Made by a program: the position numbers and the translations under genes
DNA from: an uncultured virus (IMG/VR IMGVR_UViG_3300012361_000002)
Lineage: Duplodnaviria; Heunggongvirae; Uroviricota; Caudoviricetes
Strand: one strand, 5' to 3'
Length of the DNA: 64,000 nt
Virus record (IMG/VR): IMGVR_UViG_3300012361_000002
Notes under the pieces: model-generated
Told to the model about the DNA's origin: nothing
Seen by the model: only the letters and a program-made list of their open reading frames with translations
Database searches by the model: none
Part shown: positions 1 to 8,591 of the stretch, piece by piece
Layout: each line of letters starts with the position of its first letter
Position numbering within the stretch: the first letter of the stretch is position 1

Positions 1-362
1 AGGTCCGCGTCGAAGGTGAGGGACGACCCGACCTGGACCGCGGCCGTCGACGCCGTGGACAGCGTGAACGTCGACCCGATGTTCCATGCGATCTGGTTGG
101 TCGTCGATTCGGCGTTGCCGTAGAACAGCGCGGACCAGGCCAGCCCGCTGATGACCGCCGACTTGAACTTGCCCGTGCCCTTGATGGTGCCGCGGGCGAC
201 GGCGAGGGGCCACTGGTTCTGTCCGAACAACTCCTTGATGGTGCCGGTGGCGTCGATGGAGAACTCTTGGACGAACCCGACGTTGACCGGGGAGGGTATG
301 GTGATATCAGTCCGGCTGGCGATCAGGATGCCTGGACCGAAGACGGCGAGCGGCGTGGACAT
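1..362 (-). CDS. Major tail (tube) protein, N-terminal part; runs off the window edge
   Basis: Manual translation from ATG at 362 (SD AGGGGG): MSTPLAVFGPGILIASRTDITIPSPVNVGFVQEFSIDATGTIKELFGQNQWPLAVARGTIKGTGKFKS..., resembling siphophage tail tube N-termini. Lies after the neck/terminator genes. Not in the ORF track because it is open at the edge. Confidence 0.75.
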   Translation of the reverse strand, partial: MSTPLAVFGPGILIASRTDITIPSPVNVGFVQEFSIDATGTIKELFGQNQWPLAVARGTIKGTGKFKSAVISGLAWSALFYGNAESTTNQIAWNIGSTFTLSTASTAAVQVGSSLTFDAD

Positions 363-394
363 GGCACCCCCTGGGCGGTGACGGGTGCCTTGTT

Positions 395-442
395 ATTTAC
401 AGCCAGCGGTAAGCCGCGGAAATTCATGTGCGCGCACAGTAT
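395..442 (-). promoter_or_regulatory. Candidate late-promoter motif (GCGCGCA-CATGAA-N23-TAAAT)
   Basis: Same bipartite motif with the same 23-nt spacing occurs at 24193-24242, upstream of the scaffold/capsid operon. Confidence 0.5.
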
Positions 443-471
443 AGGAAAGGCCGCCCCGAAGGATGGCCTCT
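443..471 (-). terminator. Putative intrinsic terminator
   Basis: Minus strand GGCCATCC-TTCG-GGGCGGCC followed by TTTCCT, downstream of the 539 stop. Confidence 0.5.
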
Positions 472-480
472 GTTTGATGT

Positions 481-537
481 AGAATGGATTGGAGCGCTCG
501 GATTCGCAGGGCGGTGGTGCGGTTTGGCGCGCAACGC
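481..537. repeat. Degenerate 5-nt periodic repeat tract
   Basis: TGGAT TGGAG CGCTC GGATT CGCAG GGCGG TGGTG CGGTT TGGCG CGCAA; intergenic. Confidence 0.55.
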
Positions 538-538
538 T

Positions 539-1066
539 TTAAGGTATCACAATATGTATGGGCAATGTCAACATCCCTTGACCATTCGGAAAAATCTCAC
601 CCGTTAGCCAATGCGATTCGCCCTCTAACCACACATGGGACACCAGACCTCCAAGGGTGAGCGCGGCGTTGTCGAAGTCTACTTGGTTGAACACTCCCTC
701 CACCGCCTCCACCAGCGGAGCGAAGATGGTCCCGCCCGACGGTACCGTCCCGTCCGGGCCGCTCGGCGTCCCCGCGCCGGGGAACTGCGCATAGACGACG
801 ATCGTGCGGTGCAGCACGCGCTTCGGCGGCATCCCGCGACCGCGCCGCTCGTACTGCGTCTTGCCGCCGCCGTAGCCGATCCCGTCGAACAGGAACAGCG
901 CCGGCTGGCGGAACGGCAGCGTGATGTTGGTGCTAATCATCTGGTCGACCTGCTCCCACGGGATGATCCCGCGCGCCATATAGCGGAACGTGCCAGGGAC
1001 AAGCGCATTCTGAAGAAGCGCTAGCAGCGCATTCATGATCGGTTCATAGGTGACGGAAGCGAGCAT
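539..1066 (-). CDS. Putative tail terminator/completion protein
   Basis: ATG at 1066 follows the upstream stop; ~175 aa; located between the HK97-gp10-like gene and the tail tube. Confidence 0.6.
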   Translation of the reverse strand: MLASVTYEPIMNALLALLQNALVPGTFRYMARGIIPWEQVDQMISTNITLPFRQPALFLFDGIGYGGGKTQYERRGRGMPPKRVLHRTIVVYAQFPGAGTPSGPDGTVPSGGTIFAPLVEAVEGVFNQVDFDNAALTLGGLVSHVWLEGESHWLTGEIFPNGQGMLTLPIHIVIP

Positions 1067-1067
1067 G

Positions 1068-1304
1068 TCACCTTCCAGGAGTCGGCAAGTGAATACTGCC
1101 AGCCATCCCGCCAATCATGTGCAGGATCGGGATCACAACGTAGAACAGGATGATGGCCACGACGAGGACGATCAGCAATGCGTGGACAGCCTGATGAATG
1201 ACCGGTGGCCCCGGGATCAGATGCACGAACTGCATCAGTGCCCAGTAAATGAATCCGGCAACGATCAGGGCAACGATGATATTGATCACGAAGTTGATGC
1301 TCAT
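1068..1304 (-). CDS. Small two-TM membrane protein
   Basis: MSINFVINIIVALIVAGFIYWALM...; two hydrophobic helices; GAGG SD. Confidence 0.7.
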   Translation of the reverse strand: MSINFVINIIVALIVAGFIYWALMQFVHLIPGPPVIHQAVHALLIVLVVAIILFYVVIPILHMIGGMAGSIHLPTPGR

Positions 1305-1311
1305 CTGAACC

Positions 1312-1809
1312 TCACTTCCTCGTTCCAAGCCCGTCGCTAACCGCCTTGCGGATGGTGCTCTTGATCTCGCCGCTCATCGCCTCGAACGCGTTGTGCATGT
1401 AGTGGATGCCGGCAAAGCCCGGATGCATGACCCTCTTGAAGGCAACGTTCTTTCCCATCTTCTCCCAGAAGAAGTAGAGCGCCTTGGCGTTCCTTGCCTC
1501 GATCGCGTGGGCCTTCGTCCCGGACTCCAGCCACACTGGCAGCATGAGGGGAGATTCGGTTGCGACGACCGACACGCGCCCGATGAGTTCCCGCGGGTTC
1601 TCGATCATCTCGGTGCGGACGCGGAGCCGACGCCTGCTCTTAAGTCCAACGTTGAGGTTGGCGTCCACCTGCGCGCCAAGGCGCTTCGTCAGTCCTATGA
1701 TGGCGGGACGCAGGAAGTTCCGCACCGTGACGGGAATGCCGCTCGGGCCGAACTTCGAGAACACGTCCTCGTTTCCGACCTTCGGGGCGACGAACCTTAC
1801 CGTCATCAT
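1312..1809 (-). CDS. HK97 gp10-like neck/tail-completion protein
   Basis: WLESGTKAHAIEARNAKALYF...KRVMHPG..YMHNAFE motif; position in the neck module. Confidence 0.7.
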   Translation of the reverse strand: MMTVRFVAPKVGNEDVFSKFGPSGIPVTVRNFLRPAIIGLTKRLGAQVDANLNVGLKSRRRLRVRTEMIENPRELIGRVSVVATESPLMLPVWLESGTKAHAIEARNAKALYFFWEKMGKNVAFKRVMHPGFAGIHYMHNAFEAMSGEIKSTIRKAVSDGLGTRK

Positions 1810-1810
1810 G

Positions 1811-1999
1811 TCAGAACCACTTTTTGTGAGCCGACATTGCGGCAACAGCAAACAATGTCCCATTCACCAGCACTAGGAGAATACCCATCCACGTCTTGTC
1901 CATGCGAACGTAATCTGCGGCGATGACCAGGATCAACAATGCCCAACAGAACGCCGCAAGCCACTGCTTGATGTTCCGCGTTCTGATGAACTCGTTCAT
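1811..1999 (-). CDS. Small membrane protein
   Basis: 62 aa, two hydrophobic segments, ATGA-coupled to the upstream gene. Confidence 0.6.
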   Translation of the reverse strand: MNEFIRTRNIKQWLAAFCWALLILVIAADYVRMDKTWMGILLVLVNGTLFAVAAMSAHKKWF

Positions 2000-2472
2000 A
2001 TGACGCTCCCTTCCGGCGCCGCCGAATCTGGCAGGCCGAACGTCTGGGTAGCTTCCCCCACAGGCGTAACTGGCAAACGATCATCGTGTTGCCCCCGCTG
2101 GAAGTCTGGCGGCGGCCTGTCCGGGTCCTGCTGGACGTTAATCTTGTCGGCGATGCTGACCGCGCCAGCGTAGGGCTGCGCGCTGATGTTGGCCAGCAAC
2201 TTCATCTGTCGCGCCAGTGCCGCATACTGCTTCGATCGGTTGCTGAAGTTCGTCTTGAGCTCGCCCTGCACGACGTCGACCTGACGCGCGAGTTGAAACG
2301 CGAGGGAGTTCGCCATCTCGGCGGTCGCGCCGTAGATGTTCCATCGGCTCAGCGACCACAGGATCTCCTCGTCCTGGACCTGGGCGTCGGACGGGAGAAC
2401 ATCCCCCAAAAGTCTGCGGACCTGCATCAGCGGGCTGGTGGTGATCAGCGCTGGGTTGTATGTCCAAGAAAT
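1996..2472 (-). CDS. Head-tail connector/adaptor protein (probable ATT start)
   Basis: (M)SWTYNP...QVRRLLGD...QDEEI connector-like motif; GGAGG 5 nt upstream of ATT at 2472. Confidence 0.7.
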   Translation of the reverse strand: MSWTYNPALITTSPLMQVRRLLGDVLPSDAQVQDEEILWSLSRWNIYGATAEMANSLAFQLARQVDVVQGELKTNFSNRSKQYAALARQMKLLANISAQPYAGAVSIADKINVQQDPDRPPPDFQRGQHDDRLPVTPVGEATQTFGLPDSAAPEGSVI

Positions 2473-2482
2473 GTTAACCTCC

Positions 2483-2818
2483 TCAGGCGGGAGACACGCT
2501 AGGTGCGTGAGCATACAACACCAGCACCTGGTTGTCAGATGTAGTCGCCGTCATGGTTATCAGGTAGAGCACGGCCGCCTGCATCGTCGTGACCTGCTGA
2601 AGCACCGCCCGGTTCGCCCCGTTGTCCGACGGCGACGCCGCCAGTTGAGGGCTACCGAGCAGCCGACCGGCCGGACTTGCATCTGACCCCGAGAGGACGG
2701 AACACGCCGCTACGGGAGCAGAGATCGTGACACCGGTCCTGAGCATTGGCCCGAAGTCGAACGTCAGCGTCACCGTCTCGGCCGGGTTGATCTCTGAGAA
2801 GTCGTTCCCCTTTGGCAT
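2483..2818 (-). CDS. Fibre-tail adaptor-like protein
   Basis: PAETVTLTFDF...YLITMTATTSDNQVL small beta-sandwich pattern typical of fibre adaptors. Confidence 0.55.
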   Translation of the reverse strand: MPKGNDFSEINPAETVTLTFDFGPMLRTGVTISAPVAACSVLSGSDASPAGRLLGSPQLAASPSDNGANRAVLQQVTTMQAAVLYLITMTATTSDNQVLVLYAHAPSVSPA

Positions 2819-2830
2819 ATCATCTTTCCT

Positions 2831-4330
2831 CTAATCGTAAACCCAGCCGCTGCCGTTGCAAAAAACCGGCTGCACCGTGGCTCCTGTCGCGCTTACAGCC
2901 TGCCGATAGGTCGGAGAAGCAATACCATCCGTTATTGTAGCGCGCGCGCCAGCCATCCCTGTGCCAGCTGGAGGTAGACTTGCAATAGTGAACGGCCCAA
3001 TCACGAACGGCTGGCGAACTGAGGATGTACCGTCAACGACATATGGCAGTGGTACACCGACAGAAGTATTAGCTTCTATGGTATGACCAGTGGAACTACT
3101 CAGGAGCCTAACGCCAGTATTTACATTACCAATCCAATTACTGAAGTGTGTATTGTTAACGACGTTGCTGTTGTCTATACCAACGGTCGTCGTGGTATCT
3201 ATCCCTGTAATTGTGTTTAATCCAATGAGATGATTCCCGTCCCCCGCAACAGAACCAACGGAATTGATCCCGGCAAAGTTTGCAGGGATGTTAACAACCG
3301 CATTGCCAAGGACCCGATTGCGCCTTGTATAGATTGCAAGGTTGATGCCATTAAATCCAGGGCCGTTCCCGGATGTTGGATCATTGACATTGTTCCAGCC
3401 GATGAAGCTGTTCTGAGTGCCGCCGTCAAATTGGATAGCGCCACCGTTCAATACGCTGTAAACTATACGGCTATCGAAACAGCCGAGCATGTCTACAATG
3501 ACGCCATAACTTACCGAGTTCTGCCACGAACAATTCCTACAGGCGCTAAATCCTACAGAAGCGCCCGTCGTTCCCCCAAAACCAGCCCTTACGATGACGT
3601 TGTCGAATGTGATGTTCTGACCGGCAAATACTTGGAGGGACTGATCATTGGTCCCCAGGATGGTCATGTCGGAGATTTTGATATTCTGCGGCTGCGTGAG
3701 AAGGCGCTGGACCCTCGTTATAGTAGTACCCCCAAATGGAAGGTTCTCGCTTAGCGTAATGACGCCCGTGCCCGCGACAGCTGAAACGACTGTCGTGGTC
3801 CAGTCGGGATACCAGAAATTCGTACCATGAGTGTCGCCTGAAATCAGGACGGTTTGCCCGGCCGCAAGGTTTCCGGCATCCGCATTCGTCGTCGTCTTGA
3901 TCGTGTTCGCGCCTTCCGTCGGCGGATCGATCGGATAGGTAATTGCGGTTCCGGTGAGATTGTCTAGATGGTTGCCTCCGGTAAACGTAGCAGCAATCAC
4001 GAGCGACATATTAAGGGGGGCGGGACCAAGCCCAGCGCCCTTGATGATCGTTACGTCTTTACCGGAGCCTTGATAGTTAACGCCGGAACTCGGCTGCAAT
4101 GCCAATGACGTGAAATAGGTTCCGGCCGGAAAATATACCGCGCCGCCGCCAGCGGCGACCGCAGCTGCATCGGCTGATTTTATTGCCTGGAGATCGTCTG
4201 CTACGCCGTCGCCTTTTGCATTGTATGGCGCAGACTTGACATTTGCGATGAAGACATCCTGTTTCGCGGCGAAAGCAGCGTTCAGGTCGGCTGCTGGAAG
4301 TATCTGCCGCGTTGCAAATGACATCTCCAC
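2831..4330 (-). CDS. Tailspike/depolymerase-like right-handed beta-helix protein (pectate lyase 3 superfamily)
   Basis: NVKSAPYNAKGDGVADDLQAI...GGAVYFPAGTY; N/G-rich parallel beta-helix repeats. Confidence 0.8.
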   Translation of the reverse strand: MEMSFATRQILPAADLNAAFAAKQDVFIANVKSAPYNAKGDGVADDLQAIKSADAAAVAAGGGAVYFPAGTYFTSLALQPSSGVNYQGSGKDVTIIKGAGLGPAPLNMSLVIAATFTGGNHLDNLTGTAITYPIDPPTEGANTIKTTTNADAGNLAAGQTVLISGDTHGTNFWYPDWTTTVVSAVAGTGVITLSENLPFGGTTITRVQRLLTQPQNIKISDMTILGTNDQSLQVFAGQNITFDNVIVRAGFGGTTGASVGFSACRNCSWQNSVSYGVIVDMLGCFDSRIVYSVLNGGAIQFDGGTQNSFIGWNNVNDPTSGNGPGFNGINLAIYTRRNRVLGNAVVNIPANFAGINSVGSVAGDGNHLIGLNTITGIDTTTTVGIDNSNVVNNTHFSNWIGNVNTGVRLLSSSTGHTIEANTSVGVPLPYVVDGTSSVRQPFVIGPFTIASLPPAGTGMAGARATITDGIASPTYRQAVSATGATVQPVFCNGSGWVYD

Positions 4331-6889
4331 CTACCCAAGGACGTCGTCGCCATCTAGCTGGCTTTGGTCGAGGGTGAAGATCGCTATCCTCACCTTTCTC
4401 GGTCCGATTGCCGTCAGCGTGACCCGCTGTTGCGGGTAGCTCACCTCCAACAGCCTAGCAGCACCAGCCGTCACCGTCACGCGGCTTTGCGGGTAGGTGA
4501 TGTAGTTCGGGTCGAGCCGGGCCAGGATTGGCGGCGGGACGAAAACGTAAATCGCATCCGTCCCCTGGTGCCCGACCATGATGGAGCCGGCACGCTCGAA
4601 CCTAGGATGCGGCGGCTGGTAGGGTGGAATCTCCCAACCCATGTTGAACCACCTGATGAACCGCGCCTGGATGCCCTCGTCGCCGCGGACCACCGCCCCG
4701 AACTTCTCTGCCCGCGGATGAGAAGGTTGGAACGGTGCGATTTCCCAGCCCGCGTTGAACCAACGCATGAACGGGGACTGGATGCCGTCGTCGCCCTTGA
4801 AGATGGCCGCGGCCCTACGCTCTGGCGTTGGATGACGCGGTTGGAACGGCGAGATTTCCCAGGCAATTGTCGGAGGTGTGACAAAGATGTACTTGGCTTC
4901 GATGCCTGCCTCCCATGGCATGATGGCCGCGGCCTTCTCGGGGCGTGGATGGGGAGGCTGGAAGGGAGCGATCTCCCATCCGGAGTTGAACCAGCGAATC
5001 AACGGGAACTGGGTGCCTTCGTCGCCGCGCGCCAGAGCGCTCCATCGTTCGGGTCGCGGGTGCGGCGGCTGCCAGGACTGGACCTCCCACGCGTCCGTGA
5101 CGAACGGCGGAGGAACGAACTTGGCCTCGATCCCAGGCTCGTTTGTGATGACAGGTGCACCTCTCTCCGGGCGCGGATGAGGCGGCTGGAACGGAGGCAA
5201 CTCCCAACCATAGGGCAGGAAGTCGAAGAACGCGAAGTCGCTGGTGCCCTCGATGCCGAAGTAGCGGGTTGATGTCTTCTGCCTGAGATGTGGCGCAGGG
5301 ACGTCCCATCCCCATTTGAACGGCGGCACGAAGACATACTGCGCCTCGATGCCAGGCTCCCAGGGCATGATGGCACCCGCCCGCTCGGGTCGGGGATGAG
5401 AGGGTTGGAATGGCGGGATGATCCAGTTGTAGGGGATGAAATTGATGAGGGAGGCTTGCGTGCCCTGGTCGCCAATCTCCGGGTTGACGCGGCGCTGGTA
5501 TCTGACGAACGGGGCCGCGATATCCCAGCCCCAGACGATCGTGACAGGCACGTACTGAGCTTCGATGCCGGCCTCCGACGGCATGGTCGCGCCCGCCTTC
5601 TCGGGCCGCGGGTGCGGAGGCTGGAATGACGGGATCTCCCAGCCGGAATTCACCCACGGTGCATAAATCGCGGAAGTGCTTCTTCCCTTGATGCCGAAGT
5701 ATTTCTGCTTGGTCGACGGGGAAGCCGGCGGTTGGAACGATTGTACTTCCCAGCCCCAGATGATCACCGTCGGAACGAACACCGCCTCGATCCCAGATTC
5801 CGACGGCATGATCATGGCCGCCCTTTCTGGCCTCGGGTGCGACGGCTGGAATGGTGGGATATGCCAGTTGAAGTTGATCCTCCTGATGAATGGGAACTGG
5901 ATGCCCTGGTCGCCGATGTCGGGGTTCTTGAAAACCTGATCCCGCGTCAGAGGTGGCGGAATCTCCCACCCATATGGCTGGAATGCGAAGGGCGGCGTCT
6001 CGATGCTGCCGAACGTCTTGAGGGCGCCAGACTTGGTCCGGTACGATATGGCCGGAGGCTGGAACGGCTGGAAATTCCATCCCCAGTTCGTGGGCGCTGG
6101 CGGTACGAACTGCGCCTCGATGCCTGGTTCGCTGGTCGCGATCGCGCCTGCCCTCTCCGGTCGCGGGTGCGGGGATTGGAACGACGGTATGTCCCAGCCA
6201 TAGTTGATCCAGGTCGAGAAGATCGGGAACTGGCTGCTGCCCTTGAGGCCGGCCAGGTTCGATCCACGATATCGCAGGTGCGTGAACGGTGCGTCTAGGA
6301 AGGTCGCTGGTGGGACGAAGACGTACTGGGCCTCTATCCCTGCCTCGGACGGCATGAACGCACCAGCGGCCTCCGGGCGAGGATGGCGGGGCTGTATGGG
6401 GGCAATCTCCCACCCGTAAGGAAAGAACCTGATGAACGGCGCGTAGATGCCCTCGTCGCCTTTTATCAGGCCGCCGAAACGTCCATCGGGTTGCGGCGGG
6501 TGGGGCGGCTGGAACGGGTGCGTGTCCCAATCGTTCGGAAGGAACCTGATGAAGCGCGCTTGAATACCTTCGTCGCCCCGCATGATCGCGCCGGCCCCAG
6601 GTTTCGGCCGATATGGTGGTTGGGGCGGATGCGTGTCCCAATCATTGGGGAAAAAGCGAATGAACCGCGCCTCGGTGCCCTGGTTGCCGACCATGATGGC
6701 AGCAGCACGTTCGTGGCGCCGGCGCGGCGGCTGGAACGGCTGAATCTCCCACCCCATAGGAAGCAGATTGGAGATTACGGCAAAACCACCCCTACCTCTC
6801 ACGGCGGCACGTCTCTGGCTGACCGTGCGGTTGAACGGAGGAGGCTGGAATGGTGGGATCGCCCATCCCAAATCCGAAGCAGCCATCAT
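4331..6889 (-). CDS. 852-aa Pro/Trp-rich tandem-repeat virion-module protein
   Basis: About 21 units of GWEIxPFQPPHPRPExxxAIxxxxxGIEAxF; in the fibre module. Confidence 0.8.
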   Translation of the reverse strand: MMAASDLGWAIPPFQPPPFNRTVSQRRAAVRGRGGFAVISNLLPMGWEIQPFQPPRRRHERAAAIMVGNQGTEARFIRFFPNDWDTHPPQPPYRPKPGAGAIMRGDEGIQARFIRFLPNDWDTHPFQPPHPPQPDGRFGGLIKGDEGIYAPFIRFFPYGWEIAPIQPRHPRPEAAGAFMPSEAGIEAQYVFVPPATFLDAPFTHLRYRGSNLAGLKGSSQFPIFSTWINYGWDIPSFQSPHPRPERAGAIATSEPGIEAQFVPPAPTNWGWNFQPFQPPAISYRTKSGALKTFGSIETPPFAFQPYGWEIPPPLTRDQVFKNPDIGDQGIQFPFIRRINFNWHIPPFQPSHPRPERAAMIMPSESGIEAVFVPTVIIWGWEVQSFQPPASPSTKQKYFGIKGRSTSAIYAPWVNSGWEIPSFQPPHPRPEKAGATMPSEAGIEAQYVPVTIVWGWDIAAPFVRYQRRVNPEIGDQGTQASLINFIPYNWIIPPFQPSHPRPERAGAIMPWEPGIEAQYVFVPPFKWGWDVPAPHLRQKTSTRYFGIEGTSDFAFFDFLPYGWELPPFQPPHPRPERGAPVITNEPGIEAKFVPPPFVTDAWEVQSWQPPHPRPERWSALARGDEGTQFPLIRWFNSGWEIAPFQPPHPRPEKAAAIMPWEAGIEAKYIFVTPPTIAWEISPFQPRHPTPERRAAAIFKGDDGIQSPFMRWFNAGWEIAPFQPSHPRAEKFGAVVRGDEGIQARFIRWFNMGWEIPPYQPPHPRFERAGSIMVGHQGTDAIYVFVPPPILARLDPNYITYPQSRVTVTAGAARLLEVSYPQQRVTLTAIGPRKVRIAIFTLDQSQLDGDDVLG

Positions 6890-6917
6890 CTACTCCATGT
6901 TTTGCAGGCCACTGGAC

Positions 6918-7610
6918 TCACCATTCGTCCTCCACGAACCCAAGTATCCCAGCTGATGGCGCGACACCGCCGCCAGCCGCGGCAGCCTTGAACGCCATCA
7001 CCGCGACAAGGCACGTCGCCGTGGAAGGAGAGCAGCCGAACGTCGCCGCTATGGACCCGTGGGCAGATTGCACCTGACTCTCGTCTGCCATGCAGATGAC
7101 GAGGCCAACGCCGCTTCCGTTGTTTCCTATGGTAAAGCCGGAGCCAACAGTCAGCGTGGTGTCGCTTCCTCCGGCGGCGTCGCATGAACCATAGATCAGA
7201 TCGCCGTCAACGGTAGTCGTTATGTTGCCCGATGAGACGGTCGCCCCGCTGGTCTGCTGGATGGTGTGACCGTCAAGCGGCGTGGTGATCACCACACCAG
7301 ACCACTCCTGCACTTCGATCCTGGTCCCTGTGGTGCTGGCGCTGAACGTGGCAATGATCGAGGTCGGGGCACCGGATATGTTGGGAAAATAGAACGTAGC
7401 CATGGACTTGGCGTCGCCAGCATCATCCAGGTTGTCCACGATGTTGTAAGTGACGCCATTGTTGTCCTTAACGTTGCTCAGGGTCTGTGGGTCCGTCCAT
7501 GTGACTGACCCGCAAATCAGGTTCCCCGCCGCACCCGCCGAAATGGTGACGGTGACTGTCGTCCCCGAGCCGCCGTCGGCAGATATGTTTTTTTGGACAA
7601 ATGTCGGCAT
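6918..7610 (-). CDS. S/T/G-rich beta-sandwich adhesin-like virion protein
   Basis: 230 aa; paralogous in pattern to 7920-8582 and 8592-10052; ends GILGFVEDEW. Confidence 0.7.
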   Translation of the reverse strand: MPTFVQKNISADGGSGTTVTVTISAGAAGNLICGSVTWTDPQTLSNVKDNNGVTYNIVDNLDDAGDAKSMATFYFPNISGAPTSIIATFSASTTGTRIEVQEWSGVVITTPLDGHTIQQTSGATVSSGNITTTVDGDLIYGSCDAAGGSDTTLTVGSGFTIGNNGSGVGLVICMADESQVQSAHGSIAATFGCSPSTATCLVAVMAFKAAAAGGGVAPSAGILGFVEDEW

Positions 7611-7909
7611 CAGGGCAGTCCTATGACGGCCATATCCACGCCCGCGCCGATCCCATAAGAACCGACCGTGGACATGGACAAAGAACTGCTGGACACGGTA
7701 ACACCGATAGCCACTGGGAACACGATCGAGTCCGTCGCGCCCTGGACCACGGTTTTGGACATGACCACGCCGGCCACCACGATCCAGAAAGTCACCGTTT
7801 CGATGCCCTGAGCATTGTCAATCGAGACGCCGGTCGCGACCAAAAGGATCGCATCGTAGTTCAGGTTCACCACGCAGCCATCGGAACTCCCAAGGAACCT
7901 TGTGGCCAT
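7610..7909 (-). CDS. Hypothetical beta-rich structural protein
   Basis: 99 aa, coupled to neighbours. Confidence 0.55.
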   Translation of the reverse strand: MATRFLGSSDGCVVNLNYDAILLVATGVSIDNAQGIETVTFWIVVAGVVMSKTVVQGATDSIVFPVAIGVTVSSSSLSMSTVGSYGIGAGVDMAVIGLP

Positions 7910-7919
7910 TGATTCCGCC

Positions 7920-8582
7920 CTACCATTCTGAAGTCACGGCGCCGACGATGCCGCTGGATGCCGATGCCGGTGGTGATGAACCTCCGTTGATGGCGAACGC
8001 CGGACCCCAGAAATGATTGGTCTGCGTCGCAAGGTCCATCGTCACCGACCCAGGCGACGACTGTATCCCCCACTCCGAGCACCTCGCCGTTCCGTTTCCT
8101 GTGCCGAGGTTGAAGCTCGTACCATGGGTCGATGTCCCGCTACTCATCGCCACCGCGTATACGAGGTCGTCGGACAAGCTGGTGCTGAAGCTAGCGAACG
8201 ATGTGCCAGCCGAGTTGGACGTCTGTGACGATCCGTCGACGCTGACGGCTGTCGCCCCGGTGGGCGGCTGAAATTCGTCCTGCACCATCCACTGATTGCC
8301 GGTCGCCCCCGAGAAATTATAAGTCAGAATTTTGGGGCCGTTGGTCAGGAAACCGTTTGATCTAAAGGCGACGGTGTACAGGCTGCCGTCATCGTGCGAA
8401 TCGAAAACCGTGTAAGCGTTGCTCTTGTCGTCCGTGACCGACGTCAGGGTGAATGCTGCATCCAATAGCACCGCACCGACGACGATGTTGCCGTTGGCGA
8501 TGGTTGACGCGAACGATTCATTGACTGTGGTGACCCCGCCAGCCGTGTTCACGACTCCTTGGATTTGCGTCCAGTCGGTCAA
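7920..8582 (-). CDS. S/T/G-rich beta-sandwich adhesin-like virion protein
   Basis: TTG start with GGAGG; ends GIVGAVTSEW. Confidence 0.7.
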   Translation of the reverse strand: MTDWTQIQGVVNTAGGVTTVNESFASTIANGNIVVGAVLLDAAFTLTSVTDDKSNAYTVFDSHDDGSLYTVAFRSNGFLTNGPKILTYNFSGATGNQWMVQDEFQPPTGATAVSVDGSSQTSNSAGTSFASFSTSLSDDLVYAVAMSSGTSTHGTSFNLGTGNGTARCSEWGIQSSPGSVTMDLATQTNHFWGPAFAINGGSSPPASASSGIVGAVTSEW

Positions 8583-8591
8583 CCATTCCTC

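Noticed and set aside
4364..6641. Long alternative-frame ORFs (608 aa, 302 aa) over the repeat protein
   Set aside because: Shadow ORFs of GC-rich repetitive coding sequence with Arg/Pro/Gly-biased composition.
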